DNA of 64,000 bases from Octopus vulgaris (lineage: Eukaryota), in assembly GCA_951406725.2 (NCBI GenBank), contig OX597833.1, positions 20,770,001 through 20,834,000 on the forward strand, given 5' to 3'. Below the pieces are notes generated by a model that saw only the letters and a list, made by a program, of their open reading frames with translations, ran no database searches and was not told the DNA's origin. Positions 53,314 to 64,000 of the stretch are shown here, piece by piece; position 1 is the stretch's first letter; each line of letters opens with the position of its first letter. The translations under genes and the position numbers were made by a program.

Positions 53314-53775
53314 GTTAGTGGCACAGCACCTATTGTTGTTGTTGCTGCTGCTGGCACTGATATTGTTGTTTTGGGGTCTGGGGCTGCTGGTGTAGGCATC
53401 GGTGGAGGTGGAGTTGGTAATGTGATCGCCATTGTGTGTGTTGTCAGTGCCACACCTGTTGTTGCTGTTGTTGTTGTTGTGGCTGCTGCTGTTGCTGATA
53501 TTGTTGTTGTTGGAGCTGGAGCAGCTGGTATTAGCAATGCTGGAGGTGGTGATGGTGTCAGTAATGCTATTGCCCCTGCCAGTTATGGAGAAGGCACTGT
53601 TGTTGTTAATATTGTTGTTGATTATTGATTATTTTATTATTGTGGTCTTTGCAATAATATATATAGATATGTGTGTGTGTGTGTGCGTGTGTATTTTTTT
53701 GTGTGTGTATATATACATATATGTATGTATATTTCGGTCAAGCGTTCTGTATCTAGTTCTGGAAATTATGTTTGT

Positions 53776-53870
53776 AAACGACAGACTATGCTGATGATCT
53801 TGCAGATGTTCGCGTGTACATATATGTGAATATTAACAAGTGAAACTAATTAGTACATAGGTAATCGTTT
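53776..53870 (+). ncRNA. Type-I hammerhead ribozyme candidate (Penelope/retrozyme style)
   Basis: ctatg-CTGATGA-stem II (cttg..caag)-GAAAC-taatta-GTA-catag. Stem I is perfect and stem III is palindromic. Confidence 0.7.
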
Positions 53871-54174
53871 TTTATTTCATATATTTTCATTTGTCTTGCT
53901 TATTTTTTACACTTTGGTTTTTGCTGAGTTTTTTCTTGAGAACACATTCTTCGTGGAAAATAGCGATTTTGACGTCTATATCTAGCATATTGACTGTCCT
54001 CCACTTTTAGTGGTCAGTCCTTTAAATTTTGTATATATATATATATATATATAATTAATATTAGGTACAAATAACAGAGTGACTCAAAGTCCAAGGGTTT
54101 TGTGCATTAGTGCTTACGAAACTAATTACAAATCAAGTGGTCATAAATTTATATACCAGTGATACTGGTGTTTC

Positions 54175-54234
<60 letters not shown>

Positions 54235-54347
54235 AATAAATATGCACACATGCATGCACGCACACACATACACAGCTCTTAAGTAAAACACTTCATGTCA
54301 CATTGTTCTGCAAGCACTTCAACACCAGATGCATGGTACATTATGAC

Positions 54348-54382
<35 letters not shown>

Positions 54383-54754
54383 CATCATTATTATTATCAT
54401 TATTATTGTTATTACACTGATGCAAGGTGGCAAGCTGGCCAAATCATTAGGATGCTGAGCAAAATGCTTAGAGGTATTTCATCTGTCTTTACAATCCAAG
54501 TTCAAATCTTGCCGAGGTCAACTTTCATCGTTTCAGGGCTGATAAAATAAGTACAAGTTGAGTACTGGGGTTGATGCAATCAACCTCTCCTACCTCTGAA
54601 ATTGCTGGCCTGGTGCCAAAATTTGAAAGTATTATTACACTGACGCATTTCATGCAGCACTGTGCAATATATATAAGATTTTGAGATCGAAGATTATTTT
54701 GTATAATCAATAATTTTTAATTTAAGAACATCTGTGTCTATCTGTCTATCTGCC

Positions 54755-55335
54755 TCTATGTATGTATGTATGTATGTATGTATGTATGTATGTATGTATG
54801 TGTGTATGTATGTGTGTACGTATATATGTACGTATTTATGTATGTATCTATGTGTGTATGTATGTATGTATGTATGTATGTGTGTATGTATGTATGTACG
54901 TATGTGTGTATGTATGTATGTGTGTATGTATGTATGTATGTGTGTGTATGTATGTGTGTATGTATGTATGTGTGTATGTATGTATGTATGTGTGTATGTA
55001 TGTATGTATGTATGTATGTATGTGTGTATGTGTGTATGTATGTATGTAGTTATGTATGTATGTATGTATGTATGTGTGTGTGTATGTATTTATGTATGTA
55101 TGTATGTGTGTGTATGTATGTATGTATGTGTGTATGTGTGTATGTATATATGTATTTGTGCATGTATGTGTATGTATATGAATGTGCGTGTGTATGCATG
55201 CGTATATGTATGTCTGTACATATGTGTATGTATATGCATGTATATATGCATGTGTGTATATATGTATATATGTGTGTTTGTAGGTATGTATGCATGTATG
55301 TAACTACATATGTATGTATGTATACCTGCATATAT
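54755..55335. repeat. (TATG/TG)n compound microsatellite
   Basis: Seen directly. Confidence 0.97.
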
Positions 55336-55620
55336 GTGGCATTTATTGGGTAGTCAGATAAATTCATTTGGTCTTCGTTTTCCTCCATTTATTTTAATCC
55401 TTTTCCAATTTTCTTTGAATTTGCATGAAAAATATTTTTACCAAACCATTTTATGAGTTCAGTTTGTTTTTTGTTACTGTATTTTTCCTCCACAAATTTT
55501 GTTTATCAGTTTTGAAATTTGAATAAATTTGAGCTCTTTTTCAGACATAATGATAGAATGCCAAGTACAAAAAAAATAATGAACTAATTTATCTGACAAC
55601 ATAATATATATATATATATA

Positions 55621-56015
55621 TCTTTATATATAAAAGTGAAGTTGTGCGTCTGTCTCCTACGATTTAGATTCCTAACTACTCCCACATTTTGCGGTGCAGT
55701 TTAACCAAAACCGGGTATCAAAGACGTGATTCATATCGAGCCCTTCTGGGTATTAGTGCGCATCTATGATGAGTCTACGATTTAAAAAAAAAATTTACCA
55801 TAATTTTTTTCCATTTTAATGCATTTTTTCGCTATTATATAAGGGTAGTAACTCTCTAAAAATGTCTACAATGAGTCAACGATTTAAAAAAAAATTTACC
55901 ATAATTTTTTTTCCATTTTTAATGCATTTTTTTGCTATTTTTTGGCTATAACTCTCTAAAAATGCTTATATAGTTATTTCCTTACAAACCCGAGCAACGC
56001 TGGGCGATACGGCTA

Positions 56016-56016
<1 letters not shown>
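55621..56016 (+). mobile_element. Non-autonomous Helitron, family 1
   Basis: 5' TC(tttatatataaaag), 3' hairpin cccgagcaacgctggg then CTAG, inserted between A and T in (TA)n. Confidence 0.85.
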
Positions 56017-56052
<36 letters not shown>

Positions 56053-56090
56053 GACTGCTACAACTAACCATGTCTGTCTGTCTGTCTATC

Positions 56091-56129
<39 letters not shown>

Positions 56130-56135
<6 letters not shown>

Positions 56136-56515
56136 AAAGCTGAAGTTGTCTGTGTATGGCAGGTTTGTTAGCCTTCAACTAACACTATCTCCTCTGAGAC
56201 TCTGTAGCGCAAGTTGACCAAAATTGAGAGTATGATAGAAGAAGGGGCTTGCTCTTCCTTCCATAGAAGAAAAAACTCAAATCGGACCATGTTAACACCA
56301 AAAATTATTTACATCAAAAAGGTGCTTCTTTCCTATGAAAATCCTTATTTTTACGATTTTTTTTACTGCTGTGTTGCCATTTTTCAGTGTATTTCAACCA
56401 GAAAATGTTCACTTAAAGAGAATAGCAAGGTACATAATGCAAAATTTTTACTTTTCAAAAATTCCAATTCTAAAGGGTTGAAATAAACCCGAGCAATGCC
56501 GGGTGATACTGCTAG
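56130..56515 (+). mobile_element. Non-autonomous Helitron, family 2 (shares 3' hairpin and CTAG with family 1)
   Basis: Ends aaacccgagcaatgccgggtgatactgctagt, different interior. Confidence 0.75.
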
Positions 56516-56911
56516 TATATATATATATATATATATACACATATAAACCCTGCCAAAACAGGCAGTGAAGCCTGGTGCAATCTTCTGCCTAGCCAGCTCC
56601 TGTCAAACCATTCATGGAAAGCAGGCATTAAATGATGATGATGAGAGTGATGACATCTTTTATTCTTTTACTTGTTTCAGTCATTTGATTGCAGCCATGC
56701 TGGAGTACCACCTTAAAATGTTTTTTAAGGTAAAGAAACTGACCCCAGGACTTATTCTTCATAAGCCTAGTACTTATTCTATCAGTTGCTTTTGCCAAAT
56801 TGTTAAGTTATGGGGACATAAACACACCAACATTGGTAGTCAAATTATGGTAGCGGACAAACACAGACACACACATAAATATATACATACATATACATAT
56901 CTATCTATCGA

Positions 56912-57014
<103 letters not shown>

Positions 57015-57350
57015 ATATATGATGGGCTTTTTTCAGTTTCCATCAACCAAATCCACTCACAAGGCTTTGGTCAGCCCAAGGCTATAGTAGAAGACACTTG
57101 CCCAAAGTGCCATGCAGTAGGGCTGAACCTGGAATCATGTGGTTGGGAAGCAAGTTTCTTACCACACAGCCACGCTTACATATATCATAACATGAAAATG
57201 CATATAAATATAAAACAATACTTTCCTATATACACACATACATACATACATACAAACACACACTACTACACCAAATAAAATATACATGTATCCATCACAC
57301 TGAAGCTGGGACATTTGGGACATTGAGTAAAAGTAGTTTGCCTCACTTAC

Positions 57351-57565
57351 CTGGGTTTCATCAATGGTCAGGTTCTGTTCTTCACACACCTCGCGGAATG
57401 CCTGAGCGACATTCTCAAATTGAATGTCCTTGAAGCTAACCCCTGGGAATATGTCTTGCACCAGACTGTCAAACACGCTGCTGTCAGAGAAGGTGAGCTT
57501 CGACAGAGTGTTGAATCTCAGCGCCTGCACCACTAACATTGATTCGACTGTTTCATCGATGGTTA
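57351..57565 (-). CDS. DYNC2H1: Dynein-2 heavy chain exon: VTIDETVESMLVVQALRFNTLSKLTFSD...IDETQ
   Basis: ORF 57159..57539 contains ALRFNTLSKLTFSDSSVFDSLVQDIFPG. Acceptor tttag, donor gtaag. 215 nt. Confidence 0.93.
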
Positions 57566-57813
57566 CTAAAAGATGGATATTATACCGAAGAGAAAAAAAA
57601 TTCGAAAGGAAAAAAAAAGAAAAAAGGAAAACATATTGGAGTTCAGTTTTGCATCAGTTTCATATTAGAAATAGCATTAAAAAAAAAAATCAATAAAAAT
57701 CAATATTGGTTGAATAATAATAATGATGATGATGATGATGATTGAAAATTATTTAAGAATCATCCCTGGCTTACCATCCATGCAGGAAATGTAAAATATT
57801 GTCTTATCTGGTA

Positions 57814-58128
57814 CTAGCAGTATCGCCTGGCGTTGCTCGGGTTTGTAAGGGAAATAACTATATAAGCATTTTTAGAGAGTTATAGCCAAAAAATAGCAAA
57901 AAAATGCATTAAAAATGGAAAAAAAATGATGGTAAATTTTTTTAGAGAGTTACTTCCCTTATATAATCGTAGACTCATCATAGACGCGCGCTAATACCCA
58001 GAAGGGCTCGATATGAATCACGACTATAAGATACCCAGTTTTGGTTAAACTGCATCGCAAAATGTGGGAGTAGTTAGGAATCTAAATCGTAGGAGACAGA
58101 CACACAACTTCTCTTTTATATATAAAGA
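57814..58128 (-). mobile_element. Non-autonomous Helitron, family 1
   Basis: Same termini and internal sequence as the 55621 element. Confidence 0.83.
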
Positions 58129-58702
58129 TGTCACACATACTGAGAAGAGCATTGTCGGTGTGAATTTTCTTTCATTTTTGTCCCTTCTATTTTCTTTGTT
58201 TATATTTTTTCATTTTATAAATTTTTTCCTTTTTCTCTGTCTTTCTTCCCCATTTTTTCTCTGTCACATGACTATGTAAATGAACAATCTGGTGTGTTTA
58301 TTTTAATGAACTACTAATGTATACAGTGCGTTTCTCTGCCCTAGGTGTCAGGAAGACAATTGGCAAGAAATGGAAACAGAATTGAAAGAAGATGATAATG
58401 AAAATAATAATAATAATAATAATGATAATAATAATAAAAATAATAATAATAATAATCCTTTCTAGTAAAGGTACAAGGCCTGAAATTTAGTAGGAGGGGA
58501 CTAGTTGATTACATTGACTCCAGTGTTTCACTGGTACTTAATTTATGTACCCCAAAAGGATGAAAGCCAAAGTTGACCTCAGCAGAATTTGAACTAAGAA
58601 TGTAGTGATGGACAAAATACTGGGAAACATTTTGTCCGATGTGCTAACAATTCTACCAGCTCACTGACTTAATGCCAGCTCACTGGTCAAATAATAATGA
58701 TG

Positions 58703-58753
<51 letters not shown>

Positions 58754-60033
58754 TGCATCTCTGATCAAGAGCAGAAGTAGTGGGGGAGCATCATAGCCAT
58801 GTGTTGAGAGGGATTCTTTCGGGTTTGAATAATTCACCTCTGGAAACATGGGTGTTTCGTTCAACATCATTAAACAACCTTTATTCAGGGACCTTGTGAG
58901 CAGGATGGGTTACTTGACCAGAAGAAAATTCTAACTGGGCCCCGCCTGCAAGGTTATGTGCTGTGTATCTTGATATGAGATCACCATGTCGTGCACATAT
59001 GGTTGTGATGCATGTGCCTAGTGTACCCTTATCAGACGGGTTGTCATGATTGGTATAATGGGCTTCGTATATTTTACCCCAGCGTCACTTTGATGGCATG
59101 CACTGCTATCTCACTCAATAATGATAATAATAATAACAACGTCATAACATACACAGCATGTACAAACACACATATATACATATAATCATAATTGTTTTTA
59201 TGTTCACTTTTCCATGGGTCATGTGTCATTTGCTGAGACAGATTTTTCTAAGCTCAGATGCTCTTCCTGTTATCAACCTTCACCTGTTTTCAAATATGGT
59301 AATATTTCCTCATGACCAGACATGTTTTTATGGAAGATTGCAAGGCAGTGACATTTGTTTACAGCTAATTACATGAAGTGAATACAAAGATACTAACACA
59401 AACACACACATATATACATATGACAGACATCTTTTAGTTTCTCTTTACCAAATCCACTTCTAAGAATATGGTTGGCTTGGGACTATATTAGAAGACAGTT
59501 GTCCATGGTGAAACACAGTAGAACTGAGTCCAAAACCATGTGGTTGGGTGCAAGCACTAACCAACCAAACTGCTAACTCAGCATGCAATAAAAACACACC
59601 TGTTCTGGAATCCAGCATCAACTGGTAGCCTTAGTCTCTATGATTGCAGGTGCCCTACAATTCACCTGGAGTAAAGCTAATTGTCAAATTATCTCCTATG
59701 TTTTCATTGATTCTTCTAGTGTAACAATATTAGAAAATGTGACTTGTCAGAAATGAGGATTCTGTCATAAAAAACAATCCCATTAACTTCCTATAGGTGG
59801 CTGGTTAAACCTGTAGGGTGCAAACTGAAACATACATTAACTAGGAGTGGCTGTCATAGGTGTAGAAGTGGCTGTGTGGTAAGTAGCTTGCTTACCAACC
59901 ACATGGTTCCAGGTTCAGTTCCACTGCGTGGCACCTTGGGCAAGTGTCTTCTACTATAGCCTTGGGCCGACTAAAACCTTGTGAGTGGATTTGGTAGATG
60001 GAAACTGAAAGAAGCCCGTCGTATGTATGTATA

Positions 60034-60075
<42 letters not shown>

Positions 60076-60293
60076 CATATGTGTGTGTATGTTTGTGTGT
60101 CTGTGTTTGTCCCCACAACATAGCTTGACAACCACATGTTTACGTCCCTGTAACTTAGCGGTTTGGCAAAAGAGACCGATAGAATAAGTACTAGGCTTAC
60201 AAAGAATAAGTCCTGGGGTCGATTTGCTCAACTAAAGGTGGTGCTCCAGCATGGCCACAGTCAAATGACTGAAACAAGTAAAAGAGTAACCTT

Positions 60294-60519
60294 TTAACCC
60301 TTTTGTTACAGTATTTATCTTGAGGTCCTCTGGATTTCTTTCAATTAATTTTAAATATAACAGAGAATTTAGTGAAATAACCTAGTTATTATTCACTTAG
60401 TGTTAGGAACATAAATTGTGACTAAGGTTTGGTGGAAGATTTTAATTCAAAACTTATGAAAATAAATTTGTACTCAGAGCCAGAGCTGGTTTCAGCTGGG
60501 TTGGTAACAAAACAGTTAA
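60294..60519. mobile_element. piggyBac-like MITE (TTAA ends); similar element at about 62323-62548
   Basis: ttaacccttttgttac ... gtaacaaaacagttaa. Confidence 0.5.
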
Positions 60520-60521
60520 AT

Positions 60522-61477
60522 CAGTGTTTCTCAACCATATCTTACCTATGAACCTTTTTGATTCCTATTCTACTTGGATCGACCCTCCTAGCAATTCATC
60601 ATCATCATCATTTAGTGTCTGCTTTCCGTGCTGGCATGGGTTAGACTGTTCGACTGAAATTGCTAAGCTGGAGAGCTGCAAGAGGTTCCAATCTGATTTG
60701 GCATGGTTTCTAGAGCTGGATGCCCCTTCCTAATGACAACCACTCCAAGAGAGTAATGGGTGCTTTTTTCGTGCCACCAGCACAGGTGCCAGTTATATGA
60801 CACCGGAATTGGCCACAACTATGCTTTCACTTGATGAGTTTTCTCAAGCATGGCATATCACCAAAGGTCTTGGACACTTATCATTGCCTCCATGAAGCCC
60901 CACATTTGAAGGGTGCTTCTTATGTGCCATTGGCATGGGTGCCTGTTATGTGACACCCAATTTTTAAAAAAAATCCTATTATATTTTTATAATGAAGTAT
61001 TATTAGGAATTGTATAAAAATAATTATTAAAATAATTTCTGTATTACAGTTCTATATTTAAGAGATGAGGAATTATGTACATTATTTACACATGCCATAG
61101 TGGTTAAGAGCACAGGCTACTAACCCCAAGATTCCAAGTTTGATTCCAAGCAGTGACCTGAACAATAATAATAATAATAATAATAATAACAACATCGAAA
61201 AATACCATAGGAATGAGAACCCAGGTTCAAAATTTCCTCAAGACACCTGAAGAAGGCTGGAGGGTATATCAGCTGAAACGCTGTGTTAAAAAAAAAACAA
61301 GATGAGGACAAATATATGTTAAATGTAAATAATGTAAATAATGTAAATTTCTGTATTGTAGAAATATATTGGGAATAATATTTATTGGAAATAAATTTTA
61401 ACAGCAAAGGGCCATATGAATCTTGACGGGCCATATGAACCCTGAAGGGCTATATGAAACCTGGTTGAGTAGCACTG
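60522..61477. mobile_element. Probable hAT-type MITE carrying two nested insertions
   Basis: TIRs cagtgtttctcaacca / tggttgagtagcactg. Flanking 8-mers agttaaat and ttttaaat match 6/8. Confidence 0.5.
61243..61286 (+). ncRNA. Hammerhead-like motif in the tail of a tRNA-headed SINE (cleavage triplet mutated)
   Basis: acac-CTGAAGA-aggctg..cagct-GAAAC-gct-gtgt. Confidence 0.45.
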
Positions 61478-61556
61478 TTTTAAATTAACAAGCACAATCA
61501 AATGAATCCAATAAATTCAGAGTATCTCGAGAAAAGAAAACTGATTATCTACATAC

Positions 61557-61660
61557 CATCCTCATCTCTGGCTTTCTGTAAAAGACTGGCACAACCTCGA
61601 AGAACAGTTTTCATGGCTCTCAGTCCCCAGTCATAGTGCTGCTGTGGTGTTAGCAATTGT
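61557..61660 (-). CDS. DYNC2H1: Dynein-2 heavy chain exon (first in window), end of AAA1: QLLTPQQHYDWGLRAMKTVLRGCASLLQKARDED
   Basis: Hand translation gives the dynein QxHYDWGLRA motif. Acceptor ttttcaag, donor gtatgt. 104 nt, phase matches the next exon. Not in the ORF track. Confidence 0.93.
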
Positions 61661-63554
61661 CTTGAAAAAAAACCCAAAAAAACAACAGAGTTCAAATTTG
61701 TGTTCTGGTAGTAATTAAAGAATTGAACAGTTAATAGGTCAAATGGTTAACCACTTGACTTATAAATAGTAGTAAGTAGCTTGCTTAAGAACCACATGGT
61801 TCTGGGTTCAGTTCCACTGCGTGGCACCTTGGGCAAGTGTCTTCTACTATAGGCTCGGGTCGAACAGAGCCTTGTGAGTGGATTTAGTAGAGGGAAATTG
61901 AAATAAACCCATGGTATATATGTATATGTGTGTCTGTGTTTGTCTCCCCAACATCGCTTGACAACCGATGCTGGTGTGTTTATGTCCCCGTAACTTAGCA
62001 GTTCGGCAAAAAGAGACCAATAGAATAAGTACTAAGCTTACAAAGAATAAGTCCTGGGGTCGATTTGCTCGACTAAAAGGCGGTGTTCCAGCATGGCCAC
62101 AGACAAATGACTGAAACAAGTAAACGAGTAAAGAGAGAGAACCAGTGCATGTATCTATTGACATAATGACCCTCCTGAGATACAACGAAATATGTTTCAA
62201 CACACAAATTCACATCAAGAATCTTATAAACCAAAAAAAAAAAAAAAAAACCCACTAAAAGAATACTTTGTTATTTGCAATGGAAACATTATCGGTACTG
62301 AAAAGCAATCTATATATCTGATTTAACCCTTTTGCATTCACATTATTCTGTCAAAAGTAATGCTTATTTATCCATATGTTTTTAATTAATTTTGCTTTAC
62401 CTTGTAGATTTGGGATTTGATGAGGTAGCTGTTAATTTTTTAGAATGATATTGTAGAGTTTATGTAAGAAACCAGATCTAGCCAGTTTGAACATAAAACA
62501 GGTAGAATATTTTGGACAGATATGATTGGTTTAAATGCTAAAGAATTAAGATGGATATACTAAAAAGTAAGTCACAATACATCTTGAGAAGGTACCACAT
62601 ATAAGATGTATAGTGCTAAAAAACACAGAAGTATCAGTAACAGGTGAAAAATGTTCAGTGCTTTTTAGTACTACATGTCTGTATGAGATGCTTTTTCAAG
62701 ACAAATACTGCAGTATTGTAGCTTTTCTTTAGTATTTTTTAAAAATATTTATGAGCCCTTTTCAAGCCTAGGGCACATGGGCCTGGTTTCCCGGTTTCTG
62801 TGGTTATGTGTTCCCCCCAGCTGGACGGGATGCCAGTCCATCGCAGCGATACTCAAGAAACAAGAAGAGAGAGTGAGAGAAAGTTGGGGGCGAAAGAGTA
62901 CAACAGGGGTCGCCACTAGCCCCTGCTGGAGCTTTTGGAGCTTTAGGTGTTTTCACTCAATAAACACACACAACACCCGGTCTGGAAATTGAAACCGCGA
63001 TCCTCCGACCGTGAATCCACTGCCCTAAGCACTGGGCCATTGCGCCTCCACTTCCTTTAGTATATCCACATTAAATAATATACATAGAAAAAAAAATTAG
63101 AAATATATTAAAGTGAACTTCATAATTTTATGGTTTTACAACCAGTTATTGACAGTGATGGCAGAGGAGTTGTGGCAATGGCCTGAGCAGAAAAGTTTCA
63201 AGGTGACTTATGACCAGGTGTCTGTGACTGAAGGCAACTCACACTATATTTCTTCATGGATCTTAGCTAGCAGTTAAAAAGGACAGCTGCACTTATTATA
63301 ATATCTTTCCTAAATACATAGGGTTGGGCTTTGGGTGAGCATGCTACTATAGGAAAAACCTCAAGCTACAAAAAAAAGTTTGAAGTGCAAAATCATTGCA
63401 GCAGGTGGCGCAACAATCACAACCAATCCTGCTCGAGCACTTTGCATCACGCATTGCCATTGTCCAGTGCAGGCACACCAAAGTGTAAATTCAAGTAAAT
63501 TATGGACATCCCGATCCCTATTTTTATAACCGACTATCAGATCCATAAATACTA

Positions 63555-63779
63555 TTGGGTTGTCTGGAAAGTTTGTGCCGATTTATAGTAGCTTACTTTT
63601 TTACTTACCCTCCCAGGCACTCCAATTCTGGGAAGAGGGTATTTTCAAGCTAAGGGAAAGATGGAGACGCATTGTGCAACAAAATGGTTCATATTTGGTT
63701 GATTAAAAATGTAATGGCAAGTATTTATTGACCTTTTTCTTTCCCTTAAAAATTGGCACGAACTTTCCGGACAACCCAA
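63555..63779. mobile_element. Tc1/mariner-type MITE
   Basis: About 30-bp TIRs ttgggttgtctggaaagtttgtgccgattt / aaattggcacgaactttccggacaacccaa with TA on both sides. Partial copy at about 34639-34725. Confidence 0.85.
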
Positions 63780-64000
63780 TAATTTCCATGCAATCTGCTT
63801 TATTTCTATAACTTATGGAGGTGAATGGCTTAGTGGTCAGAGTGTTGCACTCATGATTGTAAAATTGTAGCTTTAATTTCTGAATGGGGCAATGCGCTGT
63901 GTTCTTGAGTGAAACACTTCATTTCACACCGCCACAGTCCACTCATCATCATCGTTTAACGTCTGTTTTCCATGCTAGCATGGGTTGGCTGGTTCGACCG

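Noticed and set aside
53214-53794. Ala/Thr/Val-rich mucin-like ORFs
   Set aside because: Degenerate (GTT/GCT)n triplet repeat readable in several frames on both strands.
61098-61155. Functional tRNA gene
   Set aside because: Lacks a complete acceptor stem and is fused to repeat sequence; treated as a SINE head.
63361-63546. Possible additional dynein exon or small gene
   Set aside because: No dynein-like translation or convincing splice sites found.

Overview
AT-rich, repeat-saturated animal genomic DNA. The repeat families and microsatellite load suggest a coleoid cephalopod, probably Octopus (inference). The window lies inside one minus-strand gene, cytoplasmic dynein-2 heavy chain (DYNC2H1). 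I traced 11 GT-AG exons by hand (1746 nt, about 581 codons, reading frame continuous), covering the end of AAA1, AAA2 and most of AAA3. The introns (up to about 13.6 kb) hold tRNA-derived SINEs, RTE-tail VNTR-type short elements, non-autonomous Helitrons, mariner, CR1, R4/Dong and Penelope-like (GIY-YIG) relics, MITEs and microsatellites. The most notable unannotated signals are: (i) about nine type-I hammerhead-ribozyme-like motifs of the Penelope/retrozyme kind, two with a compensatory U3:A8 core; (ii) many long fold-back palindromes, several associated with those relics; (iii) a roughly 4.2-kb composite element with ten near-identical ~317-bp tandem monomers; (iv) a local rearrangement at 12.6-18.3 kb that copied dynein exon fragments and preserves a pre-insertion empty site. 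No CRISPR or prokaryotic system is present. Folds and alignments were read by eye, not computed.
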